Shown piece by piece: positions 17,119 to 26,615 of a stretch of 64,000 nucleotides of DNA. A program made the position numbers and the translations under genes. Position 1 is the first letter of the stretch; each line of letters opens with the position of its first letter. Origin of the DNA: a virus (Duplodnaviria > Caudoviricetes); the IMG/VR virus record IMGVR_UViG_3300007169_000667, positions 1 to 64,000 of that record; one strand, written 5' to 3'. A model generated the notes under the pieces. The model was not told where the DNA came from. It made no database searches and was given only the letters and a program-made list of their open reading frames with translations.

Positions 17119-18648
17119 ATGCCTAATCAAAGTATTCCACGCGTCAATGGGAGAGTTATAGCTAACGCTCACATGACCAGCTCATTCTATTCTAAGAATG
17201 GTTTGGGTAAACTCACAGACAAGAACTTCGTAGAAACCATGCTGCGCACTAAGCCTGATCAGTATGACAAAATGATGATTCGTCTTTTCACTGACACCAA
17301 GTTGTACTCTAACGACTTGATTGACTTGGTTATGAAATCAGGTAAACCTTTCATGGTTAATGATCCTAACGGTGTTTTCACCTACAAGATCAAGAAGCGT
17401 GCTGAGTTGCCTAAAGTTATTGTTAACTTGGCTTCTGCTGTAGCTAAACCTGGTATTGATGGTCAAGAGTTCGAAATCGTATTCGACAAGAACGTATTCG
17501 TAACTAACGACATCATCACTGCTCACCGCTATGAGCAAGAAACCCAGTTGCAAGTTGTTTCTGAAGGTGAAAAGTATCAGAACGGTTTCAAATACAAGTT
17601 CCGTGCTGTAGGTGCTTCTTCTAGCGACTTCGTTAATCAGCGCTTCTTGCAAATCGGTACTGAGTACTTCAAGATTGGTAACATCTTGGGTGAGTACACC
17701 ACTTCATTCTCTAGCTTGGGATTGTTCGATGGTAACTTGGAAGTTATGGCTGATGTATTGCAACAGTATGGTGTTGAACACACTATCACTGACTGGGCTG
17801 ATGCAACCAAATTGGGTATGCAAACTGATGCTTCAGGCAATCCTTTGGACATCACTTACTACTCTGTAACTGATCCTATGGCTCAGGGTGAAAAGACCAA
17901 GATTGTTGGTTGGGAGCCTACAGTATCTCGCTTGCTCCGTATGGAGATGATGCGTATGAAGGCCAACACTTTGATGTGGGGTCGTCAAGGTAACGCTAAA
18001 GATGAAAAAGGTCGTCCTACCCGTGCTAAGCAAGGTTTGTGGCAACAACTTCACTTGGGTAACGTTATCTACTACGATCGTGGTCAGTTCTCTTTGAACT
18101 TGATTCGTGCTGCTATCGGTGACTTGTTCTACAACCGTGTATTGATCAAAGATCGTAGTGTGAAGATCTACACCAACCGTTCAGGTATGGAGTTGGCTTC
18201 TACTGCTATCCGTAAAGACTTCAACGGTCAAAACTTCATGGTTGACGCTGGTAAGTTCTTGGATGGTAAAGATCGCTTGAAGCAAGGTTATGCTTTCCAA
18301 TTCGATCACTTCATGACCACCGAAACTGGTCCTGTAGAATTCGTAGAATTGGAACAGTTGAACGAGCATGCTACCTTCTTGGAGTTGGGTCCTAACAAGA
18401 AGACTCCTCCAATCTTCATTATCTTGGATGTATCTGGTCAAGATGACGCAGGTATCCGTGAAGTGAAATTGGCTACTCGCCCTAACATGTACTATCAGTA
18501 CATCCCTGGTTCAGTAGGATTTGGTTCACAGCAAACTGTTGTAGCTAGCAAAGATCCTTACTCTACCTATATGATGAAAGACTTCGCAGGTATCTTCTTG
18601 GAAGATCCTACTAAGACTGTGATCATTAAAGAATTCCCTCGCATCTAA
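17119..18648 (+). CDS. Major capsid protein (crAss-like, HK97 fold)
   Basis: 509 aa, strongly biased high-expression codon usage, position after scaffold, followed by a stable hairpin. Confidence 0.85.
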   Translation: MPNQSIPRVNGRVIANAHMTSSFYSKNGLGKLTDKNFVETMLRTKPDQYDKMMIRLFTDTKLYSNDLIDLVMKSGKPFMVNDPNGVFTYKIKKRAELPKVIVNLASAVAKPGIDGQEFEIVFDKNVFVTNDIITAHRYEQETQLQVVSEGEKYQNGFKYKFRAVGASSSDFVNQRFLQIGTEYFKIGNILGEYTTSFSSLGLFDGNLEVMADVLQQYGVEHTITDWADATKLGMQTDASGNPLDITYYSVTDPMAQGEKTKIVGWEPTVSRLLRMEMMRMKANTLMWGRQGNAKDEKGRPTRAKQGLWQQLHLGNVIYYDRGQFSLNLIRAAIGDLFYNRVLIKDRSVKIYTNRSGMELASTAIRKDFNGQNFMVDAGKFLDGKDRLKQGYAFQFDHFMTTETGPVEFVELEQLNEHATFLELGPNKKTPPIFIILDVSGQDDAGIREVKLATRPNMYYQYIPGSVGFGSQQTVVASKDPYSTYMMKDFAGIFLEDPTKTVIIKEFPRI

Positions 18649-18662
18649 TTGCGTTTCTATGA

Positions 18663-18686
18663 AGGAGGGGTGTAACAGCCCCTCCT
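18663..18686 (+). terminator. Stable hairpin after the capsid gene (weak terminator or mRNA stabiliser)
   Basis: aggagggg / cccctcct stem around tgtaacag; no U-tract. Confidence 0.55.
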
Positions 18687-18728
18687 AAATAGATAAAGTT
18701 AGAACAAACTAAAAAAACCAAAACCAAC

Positions 18729-19667
18729 ATGAGTAATAATATTGCTAAGGGAGTACGAGTAATTCGTCCCTACAAAAAAGAGCCCGCAAACTTGCGGACG
18801 TTAGAAGGATCACTTTATCAGAATGGATACAACTTCATCCCTGGTACAGTAAGAAAATTTTACCCCCGTGTAGACTCACGTGGAGTAATTAGAACAGGAT
18901 TAGATGAGAACTCTCCGAAGTTCCGTGGAATCTTGGACCCAGAAGTTAGAGAGCAAGAGACTCAAAGAGTGTTACAACTTAGAGAGTATTATGAGTCTAT
19001 CCTAGACGAATCCTTGTTGCCTAACAGTACGTTCTATGACGAAATTAAAGAAAACGGTTACACCTTAGAAGATGGTGAGAACATTTTCAATATGGAAAAT
19101 CCTAGAGAAGCCATTAACTACTACTGGTTAATGGAGACCGATATGGTTGCTTCTTCTTTGGATGATATTGAAAGTGGTCGAGTGGACACTTCAATTGTAA
19201 AATTCTATGTTTACAATGGAGAAGTAGAAACTAAAACTACCTTCGAGCGTAAGAAGAAGATCAACAGCGCTATTGCAGACCTCGATAGAATGAGTGCTAC
19301 AAAGCGTAGGAAGATCCAAAAACTTTTAGGCTTAGGTTTACCTATAGACAGTACAGAAGAAGAAATCTACAACGCTGTAGACGAATACTTACGTACACCT
19401 GCTAGTGCTATGGATAGAGATCCTATTGAGCAGTTCCTGAAGATTACCTCTTACAGTGACGACTTGCTGGATGTTAAGGCCTTAGTAAAAGATCTAGTAG
19501 ACAAAAACATAGTTAGAATTAAAGGTTCTATCATATACGAGGGAGAGCATGTTTGGGCTAAATCTATTGAAGAGTTTGAACTCTTCTTAGCAGATCCTAA
19601 AAACACCGAAGAGTATGATGCCTTTAAGGAAAAACTTAAAAATAAATTGAGAATTAACTCTTTGTAA
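18729..19667 (+). CDS. Conserved crAss-like protein downstream of the capsid gene (312 aa)
   Basis: Synteny with the crAss-like capsid module; function not recognised. Confidence 0.65.
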   Translation: MSNNIAKGVRVIRPYKKEPANLRTLEGSLYQNGYNFIPGTVRKFYPRVDSRGVIRTGLDENSPKFRGILDPEVREQETQRVLQLREYYESILDESLLPNSTFYDEIKENGYTLEDGENIFNMENPREAINYYWLMETDMVASSLDDIESGRVDTSIVKFYVYNGEVETKTTFERKKKINSAIADLDRMSATKRRKIQKLLGLGLPIDSTEEEIYNAVDEYLRTPASAMDRDPIEQFLKITSYSDDLLDVKALVKDLVDKNIVRIKGSIIYEGEHVWAKSIEEFELFLADPKNTEEYDAFKEKLKNKLRINSL

Positions 19668-19681
19668 TATAAAACTAACGA

Positions 19682-20398
19682 ATGATCCCTGTTGAGGAAC
19701 TGATTTACGAATTCAAGTTAACTTTAAACAAAGTTAATCGTCAGGATAACATTGATATCCCTATCGAGGATATCATTGTTTACCTCAACAAGGCTCAAGT
19801 TAGTTGGATTAAAACTAAAATTAATCCTAACAATGTTTACAAAGTAGGTTATGAATCTATCAGAAAACGTATAGACGACTTACAAGTATTGAAAGTCCCT
19901 AATGTTCCTCTGAAGCCTAACAAAACAAACGATCTCTTTCATCTTGGATACGACTGTCCTTTGAAAGATGCCGCAAACTATATGTTCTATATCACGTCTT
20001 ATGCTATTGGTAAGAAGGGCAAATGCTCTGAACCTATGACTGTAGACTTGATTAGACATGGAGAACTTACTAGTAAGTATTTAGATACAAATTACAACCC
20101 TTCGTTTGAGTGGAGAACAACTATAGCCACACTGGGGAATGATAATTTGACAGTCTATACAGATGGTAAGTTCACGGTTGAACAGGTTTATATTACATAC
20201 TTACGTTATCCCCTTGATATAGATGTACAGGGCTACGTAAAGTTTGATGGAACAAACTCTGTTAACCAAGACTCAGAACTCCCTGAGTATGCAAAGTCAG
20301 ACCTAGTCGACTTAGCTGTAAAGTTTGCTGCTCAATCAACTGATAATCAAGCTCAGGCTGTATTTGCAGAAGATCGCTTAAATAAAAACTCTGAATAA
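19682..20398 (+). CDS. Putative head-tail ring or adaptor protein
   Basis: I...LN-x-AQ N-terminus, YLRYP and ELPE...DLV-x-LAV motifs typical of crAss-like ring proteins; synteny. Confidence 0.6.
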   Translation: MIPVEELIYEFKLTLNKVNRQDNIDIPIEDIIVYLNKAQVSWIKTKINPNNVYKVGYESIRKRIDDLQVLKVPNVPLKPNKTNDLFHLGYDCPLKDAANYMFYITSYAIGKKGKCSEPMTVDLIRHGELTSKYLDTNYNPSFEWRTTIATLGNDNLTVYTDGKFTVEQVYITYLRYPLDIDVQGYVKFDGTNSVNQDSELPEYAKSDLVDLAVKFAAQSTDNQAQAVFAEDRLNKNSE

Positions 20399-20409
20399 TA
20401 AATAAAACT

Positions 20410-21753
20410 ATGAATCACAAAATCACACAAATTTTTGTACCTACTGCAGTTTCTGCTAGTTCTGGTGGTACTACTGGTAGTGTAACTACTGACGCACTTA
20501 CTAAACAGGTGATGGGTATCTACAATCCCAGCACTTTTGCTAACATTGGTGGTACTGCTGCTGATGCTGACTTTTTGGTAGCTATTGGTTCTGGAAACTC
20601 TAAGTATGGTTCTTTCAAAACCTCTGCTATTAAAGTAGCTAACATTGTTTCTACTGCAAAAACTTTAGCTGACACTACTATCAAGCAACAAATCACTTAC
20701 ATCGGTTTTGATGAAGTTAACGATGCTAAAGCTGTTAACTTTGCTTGCGATGAAGAGTATGTTGTTACTTTGAAGATTGACGAGTACTGGTCTAAGGGTG
20801 TATTCCAACCTATGATCCAAGAGTCAGTTCGTGTAAAAACTGCTTGCTGCGCTGACTGTGCAGGTGGATGTGACTCTTTGGGTTGCTCTACTTACATGAG
20901 TGAGATCGCTGACAAAATCAACGCTTCTCCTTTGTTGAGCAAGTATGTAACTGCTACCTATGTTTACAAAGGTTCTTTGCCTACTTACAAATGGACTTTG
21001 ACTTACAAAGATCCAGGTGACTCTACTGCAGAAACTGCTGTATTGACCACTTTGCGTTCTACCTACGCTGCTTACGTAACTACTCCTTCTTCTGATATCG
21101 TTATCACTTCAGACGTTGATGGTGATTCTGATGCAGATAGCTTGGGTAACACTATGTACGAGTTGACTCCTATCGCAGGAGTAACTAGCTTGCCTAACTT
21201 CAACGGTGTAGCTTGGGAAAAAGTATTGGTATCTGCTGGTTCAGTAACTGCTTGCGGTGTTAAAATCGAAGGTAAGGTATTGGATGAATTCGGTAACGCT
21301 TGTGTTCCTGATGCAGTTCCTTACGTATTCAACTTGGTACGTTTCAAAGTAAACGTTCATGAAGGTCCTTACAACACTCAAGATTTCGATATCGAAAACT
21401 TCTGTGCTGCTGTTCCTGTAACTACTACTCAAGATATTAAATATCCTTTGGGTGCTGGTGCAGCTATGGCTGAAATGGAGCGTCACTACTTCACCAACAA
21501 CTTGCCTGCTACTGCAGATGCTCGTCGCTACTGGAACCCAGTTTACAACGAAGATTCTAACAACTACTTGTATGTAAACTCTGGTACCACTTACGACATG
21601 TACGAAATCACTTACATCGAGCCTTCTCCAATTGGCTTCGAGAAGAAGACTGAGAACGTACACTCTGTAGTTATCTTGGCTACTACTGGTGCCGTAAGTA
21701 CTGCAGTTGCTGCTGTATTGAACAACGTATTGCCTACTAGCTTCCACGTCTAA
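20410..21753 (+). CDS. Abundant structural protein, probably the auxiliary capsid protein (447 aa)
   Basis: Capsid-like codon bias, CCADC motif, synteny with the crAss-like capsid module. Confidence 0.6.
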   Translation: MNHKITQIFVPTAVSASSGGTTGSVTTDALTKQVMGIYNPSTFANIGGTAADADFLVAIGSGNSKYGSFKTSAIKVANIVSTAKTLADTTIKQQITYIGFDEVNDAKAVNFACDEEYVVTLKIDEYWSKGVFQPMIQESVRVKTACCADCAGGCDSLGCSTYMSEIADKINASPLLSKYVTATYVYKGSLPTYKWTLTYKDPGDSTAETAVLTTLRSTYAAYVTTPSSDIVITSDVDGDSDADSLGNTMYELTPIAGVTSLPNFNGVAWEKVLVSAGSVTACGVKIEGKVLDEFGNACVPDAVPYVFNLVRFKVNVHEGPYNTQDFDIENFCAAVPVTTTQDIKYPLGAGAAMAEMERHYFTNNLPATADARRYWNPVYNEDSNNYLYVNSGTTYDMYEITYIEPSPIGFEKKTENVHSVVILATTGAVSTAVAAVLNNVLPTSFHV

Positions 21754-21760
21754 TCTAAAT

Positions 21761-21788
21761 AGGGGGAGAATAAATCCTCCCCCTTTTT
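21761..21788 (+). terminator. Intrinsic terminator
   Basis: agggggag / ctccccct stem followed by Ts. Confidence 0.75.
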
Positions 21789-21808
21789 ACCTTTAATCTA
21801 AACAAAAA

Positions 21809-22246
21809 ATGAAAGATATCATCTTAAAACCTGGCACATTCCTTAAGGATACTAAGACTCAAAACACAAAGAACATTCCTGGTCAATCTATGGAAGACTT
21901 TGTTGTAGGCTTGTTGAAGAATCCTACTTGCTGTGCTAAATACGTCACTTTAACTAAAGGAGTAGTTACCCAAACTGGCAGTATTACAAGTGCAGTTACT
22001 CTTAACCAGCCTGCTGGTGAGATCACAACTGTAAGTGCTACTATTGCAGGAACTGTAAATACTTTTACCCTTAATAACAGCTACATTAAAGCTGATTCTG
22101 TAATTCTTGCTACTGTAAATGATACTTCTGGTGCTGGCTTAGTTGTCGTACAAGTAGATAACATTGTAGCAGGTTCTTGCTCAATCTCTTTAGCAGGTGT
22201 TGTTTCTAACACTGGTACCGTAACTATCGGTTTCGGAATCTTCTAA
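21809..22246 (+). CDS. Small spike or decoration-type structural protein
   Basis: VTQ-x-x-S-x-T-x-x-VT-x-N...G-x-IT...F-x-x-x-NS-x-I beta domain widespread in aquatic phage spikes. Confidence 0.6.
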   Translation: MKDIILKPGTFLKDTKTQNTKNIPGQSMEDFVVGLLKNPTCCAKYVTLTKGVVTQTGSITSAVTLNQPAGEITTVSATIAGTVNTFTLNNSYIKADSVILATVNDTSGAGLVVVQVDNIVAGSCSISLAGVVSNTGTVTIGFGIF

Positions 22247-22261
22247 TTAACCCAATTAAAT

Positions 22262-22286
22262 AGGGGAGGTAACACTCCCCTTTTTT
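22262..22286 (+). terminator. Intrinsic terminator
   Basis: aggggag-gtaaca-ctcccct followed by a T run. Confidence 0.8.
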
Positions 22287-22291
22287 AAACT

Positions 22292-22798
22292 ATGAACGTA
22301 CAACTAAATCTCGAAGTATTAAAAGCCAAGGATTGTTCTTACTTAACAATCATTGATACCTCTGTATATCCTGTAGCACCTACAAGTGCAAGTATTTTTA
22401 TTGGAGTTCCTGGGTATGATTCTGCCTATGAGTTCCCTTTCTTGTTTGGTCAAACAAACACCTACAACTCATATTCATTTGGCTTTACTACCTCAGCTAC
22501 TTCTGACTTTACAGAATTACCTGATGGAGTATACTCATTAGTTGTCACAACCTGTCCTGATACGGGAGTCAATTCTCGTCATCACTTAAGGACTTGTAAG
22601 ATTGATTGTCGTCTTGCTGCACAGTGGGCTAAATATGTAGATTGCTGTGACGATGAGAAGATTCTTTATTACCTTGATAAAATTGAGTTTTTGTTAAAGG
22701 GAGCAGAAGCACATGCTGACTTGTGTAACCCTACAAAAGCTACTGAACTGTATAAGAAAGCCGATGACCTACTCAGAAGACTTGAGCTTGACTGTTAA
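22292..22798 (+). CDS. Putative tail hub or structural protein (168 aa, Cys-rich)
   Basis: LPDG-x-Y Ig-like strand plus helical C-terminus; synteny in the tail module. Confidence 0.6.
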   Translation: MNVQLNLEVLKAKDCSYLTIIDTSVYPVAPTSASIFIGVPGYDSAYEFPFLFGQTNTYNSYSFGFTTSATSDFTELPDGVYSLVVTTCPDTGVNSRHHLRTCKIDCRLAAQWAKYVDCCDDEKILYYLDKIEFLLKGAEAHADLCNPTKATELYKKADDLLRRLELDC

Positions 22799-22952
22799 GA
22801 AAAAACTTGCTGCAGCTGCCTACAAAGAACTTCAGCATATCAAATACTTAACAAAACCGTATTACAAGAAATCAAGAGGACTAGCAAGATTTCTTAAGTA
22901 CTCTCACTGTTTAGATTGTGATACTAATCAAACCCTTAAAATAAAATTGTAA
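22764..22952 (+). CDS. Small basic structural or hypothetical protein (62 aa)
   Basis: Start moved to MTYSEDL; fills the gap before 22954; C-x-x-C near the C-terminus. Confidence 0.5.
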   Translation: MTYSEDLSLTVKKKLAAAAYKELQHIKYLTKPYYKKSRGLARFLKYSHCLDCDTNQTLKIKL

Positions 22953-22953
22953 A

Positions 22954-23457
22954 ATGACTAACTGCTGCCCTAATAACAACTGCGTAGAAATCGTTCCTTC
23001 TGGGTGCGTAAAGTATACAGGTACTCCTACTACAGGAGGTCTGATTGATTCTTTTGACTCTTGCGATCCTTATCTAAATGACTTGCTTAAGTTGTTGGAT
23101 GATAACGTAACTCTTTTAGATGCACGTGTAGGATTGAATAAGTCTACTTTTGATGCAGCTAACACTGCTTGTGGTACTACTCCTGTAATCTCAACTACTG
23201 GCTTAACAGTAAAAGATGACAAGTACTATTCTTCAGAAGTGGTTATTAAGTTGGTAGGAGTTATTTGTGACTTACGTTCTCGCATGAACTATTTAACTGC
23301 GGGAAATATTAATACAAACAGTGGTAATGTTCATTGGTTAGATCTTCCTTTAGATGGAAAGGTAGACTTAGGATGCCTAGAGTCTTATTGCCAAGGTGGT
23401 ACTATTTTTACTTTAAAAGATTTGTTAAACGCTATTATTGCTAAAATTTGCGCATAA
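22954..23457 (+). CDS. Cys-rich tail or fibre-associated protein (167 aa)
   Basis: CC...C...CVKYTG start and L-x-x-L-x-x-AII-x-KIC end, paralogous to the next gene. Confidence 0.65.
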   Translation: MTNCCPNNNCVEIVPSGCVKYTGTPTTGGLIDSFDSCDPYLNDLLKLLDDNVTLLDARVGLNKSTFDAANTACGTTPVISTTGLTVKDDKYYSSEVVIKLVGVICDLRSRMNYLTAGNINTNSGNVHWLDLPLDGKVDLGCLESYCQGGTIFTLKDLLNAIIAKICA

Positions 23458-25319
23458 TGTCTACTTGTATTGATTGCACTGGAACTATATACACCCCTTG
23501 CTCTGAGCCAGGATGTTTGTCTACCAACTATGGTAAGTGTATTACTTACTCTGGATCTCCTTTGTACTGTGCTACAGGAGGCGTAGGAACTCTTTCTTTT
23601 ACTGGTACAGCAGTAGATCCTTTAACTATTACAGAAGTAACCTTGACTCCTTCAGGAGGAACAGGTACTGGTCTGCAGGTTAAAGTAACTCGTACTCCAG
23701 GTTCTACTGCTTACACAGTTACTATTGTATCTGTAGGATCATCTTACACAGTAGGAGATACTATTACCATTTTAGGGACTTCTTTAGGAGGAACTGCTCC
23801 AAGTAATAACTTAGTAATTACAGTTACCTCTTTAGCTGCTTTGATTTCTACTAGTTCTACTGTAGACGATGCTATTGTAAATCTTCACCAGAGACTTTGT
23901 ACACTTACTTCTGTAGGTTTGAACTATTCTGGATTCAATTACTCTTGTTTACGTGTAGGAGGAGTTTTAACTGGTGTAGGAACAGCTATCACTAGTGCTC
24001 AACAATTTACTGAGGCTGCTTCTGCTGCATTGTGTTCTTTAAATACTCGTACTCTTGCATTAGAGACTCCTACATTTACTGTACCTTCTTGCGTTACTTT
24101 GACTTCAGGTGTATCTACTTTAAGCCAAATCTTAACTGCATATGGAACTAAGCTTTGTAGTATTAATACTCAATTAGACTTAACTGGAGTAACTGCAGGT
24201 TGCTTTACTACAGTTCCTTCTTCTAGTGCAGATTTGCAAGTGTGGTTTGATTGGGTAGTAAGTAATGTATGCTCAATTAAGACTACTACAGATGCTAACG
24301 TAACTGCAGTAACTACTAATGCTAATAACTTAAAGACATACATCTCCGGAGGAAGTGCAGTTCCTGCATCTATTGACACCTCTTGTATTACTGGAGGATC
24401 TTCTACTAGTACTTTGAGTGCAGCGGCTATCTTGTTTACAAGTCAGATCTGTGCAATCAACACTACTTTAGCTTCTATTCCTGCTACAAACTATACCTTA
24501 GCTTGGGCTACTAACTTTGGTACAACTCCTTATTACGGTTATACTTTTAACTATACAAGTACTTCTGACACACTTGCTAACCAATTAACTAAGATTGTAG
24601 CAACTTTAGGAAGACTGAAAATGAAGCTTAATGCTTCTGACTTTGTAGCTACTAGTGACTCAGATGGTTTGAACGTATCATTGGCTTCTGGAGTACGCTT
24701 TACTTGCTCTCAGTTGAGTTCTTGCTCTATCTCTTCTTTGTCGGATGTAACCTCTACTGCTCCTTCTACTTACCACAGTTTATTCTGGAATGGTTCTGAG
24801 TATGTAAATAAGGAACTTATCTTTACTTCTACCGGAGGAAGTGTAACCATTACACGTACTAATAATCCTTCTAACATTACTGTTAACTTGGAGACAGCAG
24901 CAAGTTCTATTTCAACTTCTACCTTGGCTCCACGTAGTCCACTTAATATGAGTGTGATTCCTTCTACTAGATTCTCTATTGGAAGTTATCCTAAACTACA
25001 CAAAGTAAATGGTATGGTTACTATCTCAGGAACATGTAGTATAACTGTTACAGGTTCTGTGTCTTGGGCAAACAATCAATTGATTGACTTCTTTGATTTG
25101 CCTGTGGGATACGTGAACACAAATCCTGAATTCTTTCAGGTATCTATTTTAACTTATACAGCTGCATCTCCTTCTATTCCTACAGGAGCGACTAGAGGTA
25201 TTGCAGCATTATCAGGTGGAAGCTTACTTGTATATCTAATTAATCCTACTGGAACTTTAACCTTTACAGCAGGAGACTCGTTAGAAATCGTACTAGGAGG
25301 TAACACCTATAAAGTATAA
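23457..25319 (+). CDS. Cys-rich tail fibre (620 aa)
   Basis: CITYSG N-terminal motif, repeated SC...L...(L/I)C units, Thr/Ser-rich Ig-like inserts, C-terminal receptor-binding-type beta domain; ATG overlaps the previous stop. Confidence 0.7.
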   Translation: MSTCIDCTGTIYTPCSEPGCLSTNYGKCITYSGSPLYCATGGVGTLSFTGTAVDPLTITEVTLTPSGGTGTGLQVKVTRTPGSTAYTVTIVSVGSSYTVGDTITILGTSLGGTAPSNNLVITVTSLAALISTSSTVDDAIVNLHQRLCTLTSVGLNYSGFNYSCLRVGGVLTGVGTAITSAQQFTEAASAALCSLNTRTLALETPTFTVPSCVTLTSGVSTLSQILTAYGTKLCSINTQLDLTGVTAGCFTTVPSSSADLQVWFDWVVSNVCSIKTTTDANVTAVTTNANNLKTYISGGSAVPASIDTSCITGGSSTSTLSAAAILFTSQICAINTTLASIPATNYTLAWATNFGTTPYYGYTFNYTSTSDTLANQLTKIVATLGRLKMKLNASDFVATSDSDGLNVSLASGVRFTCSQLSSCSISSLSDVTSTAPSTYHSLFWNGSEYVNKELIFTSTGGSVTITRTNNPSNITVNLETAASSISTSTLAPRSPLNMSVIPSTRFSIGSYPKLHKVNGMVTISGTCSITVTGSVSWANNQLIDFFDLPVGYVNTNPEFFQVSILTYTAASPSIPTGATRGIAALSGGSLLVYLINPTGTLTFTAGDSLEIVLGGNTYKV

Positions 25320-25363
25320 TAAAATCTTGGCAGGATTTTTTGGTTGGTTTTCCTGTCATCTTG

Positions 25364-25400
25364 CTAGTAGGAGCCTGCGAAAGTGGGCTCTTCTAGTTTT
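25364..25400 (+). terminator. Intrinsic terminator with GAAA loop
   Basis: ctag-t-aggagcctgc-GAAA-gtgggctctt-ctag-tttt. Confidence 0.8.
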
Positions 25401-25411
25401 AAAATAAACTC

Positions 25412-25442
25412 TTGACTAAACTTTAAAATTAAATTATATTTG
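25412..25442 (+). promoter_or_regulatory. Bacteroidota-type promoter of the ring and muzzle operon
   Basis: TTGACT, 20-nt spacer, TATATTTG. Confidence 0.75.
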
Positions 25443-25476
25443 TAATAAGCCTTAAATTAACCCAAACTATATACTA

Positions 25477-26118
25477 ATGTATACTAATTCCGACTTAATC
25501 GCTAGGGTAAAGAGCGCTAACAAGTTTATCAGTGATGATGACATGATTAGTGATCGTTATATCTATGGGTTGTTAAAGACCAAGGCTGCAACTCTTTTAC
25601 GTAGAGAAATCAACTTAAGAAGATTGCTTACCTCAGATAACGTGTATCAAGCTTATGAGTGCGTACACTTAATTGAGGCTCCAGGATCAGAGTGTGATTT
25701 AAACTGTCCTATTCGTAGGACAAAGCATAAACTTCCTAATATTGACGAAGGCTTGTACTCTTACTTTATTCAGGGAGTATTTAACACTTCTAACTCTCAG
25801 GAATTATTTCCTACTACTATTCGTGACTTCATTAATCACAACTCTTTAAGATTTAAAACTCCTAAGAAATACTACACTATTCGCAATGGCTATCTCTATG
25901 TATTAGATCCCGATGTAGAATGTGTGAATATGTACGCTTACTTTACAGAGTCTATTGAGGATCTTGATGGAACTCAGTGTGTAAGTATGTACGATAAGCA
26001 ATTTAAGTTTCCTGCATATCTTACAGATACATTAGTAGAAATGTGTAATCAATCTTTGATTAACTACCATAAGATTCCTTACGAGACTGAAGACAATAAC
26101 AGAGACGAACCCAACTAA
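25477..26118 (+). CDS. Putative tail ring protein (213 aa)
   Basis: Synteny just upstream of the IHF-like, tubular and muzzle genes in crAss-like tail modules. Confidence 0.55.
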   Translation: MYTNSDLIARVKSANKFISDDDMISDRYIYGLLKTKAATLLRREINLRRLLTSDNVYQAYECVHLIEAPGSECDLNCPIRRTKHKLPNIDEGLYSYFIQGVFNTSNSQELFPTTIRDFINHNSLRFKTPKKYYTIRNGYLYVLDPDVECVNMYAYFTESIEDLDGTQCVSMYDKQFKFPAYLTDTLVEMCNQSLINYHKIPYETEDNNRDEPN

Positions 26119-26120
26119 TT

Positions 26121-26606
26121 ATGTCGAAAGACTTTATAAAAGCCAACCCACAAAAAAATCCTAGGCAAAAAGAAAAAGATACTACGTCAGATACAAACTA
26201 TCTAGTTCTTCGAGCCTACCACAAGTTCTTAAAAGAAACCAAACGTAAAGACATCACTTACAAACAGTTTTGTGCTATTCCTAAAAAGCTGCACACAAAA
26301 CTAATGGAACGTCTCTTACGTGGTAGATATACTATAAGAATCCCTAACTTAGGTTCAATTAAAATACTGAAGACTGAGAATGCAATTCCAGAAGCTAAAC
26401 ATACAATTATTAACTGGAAAGTCTACAATGAAACCGGAGTTCGGGTGCCTTATAGAAACTCACATACCAATGGTGCAGTCTATAAATTTCACCTGTATCC
26501 ATATTCTAAGAGGATAGTACAGTTTGGATTTTATGACTTAAGAGCTGCAACAAAACACAAACTAGCATTAGCTAAAGCAATAAGAGACAACAAGTTAGAC
26601 GTTTAA
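26121..26606 (+). CDS. Second HU/IHF-like protein
   Basis: RLLRG-x-x-x-IRIPNLG-x-I-x-I-x-K arm pattern, highly basic; conserved position in crAss-like tail modules. Confidence 0.6.
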   Translation: MSKDFIKANPQKNPRQKEKDTTSDTNYLVLRAYHKFLKETKRKDITYKQFCAIPKKLHTKLMERLLRGRYTIRIPNLGSIKILKTENAIPEAKHTIINWKVYNETGVRVPYRNSHTNGAVYKFHLYPYSKRIVQFGFYDLRAATKHKLALAKAIRDNKLDV

Positions 26607-26615
26607 ACAAAGACT

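Noticed and set aside
21241-21747. 168-aa minus-strand ORF and similar antisense ORFs (for example 6124-6489, 17338-17652, 52653-52982, 62696-63025, 63253-63943)
   Set aside because: Lie wholly opposite well-supported plus-strand genes with biased codons; no promoter or leader and no protein-like motifs; shadow frames
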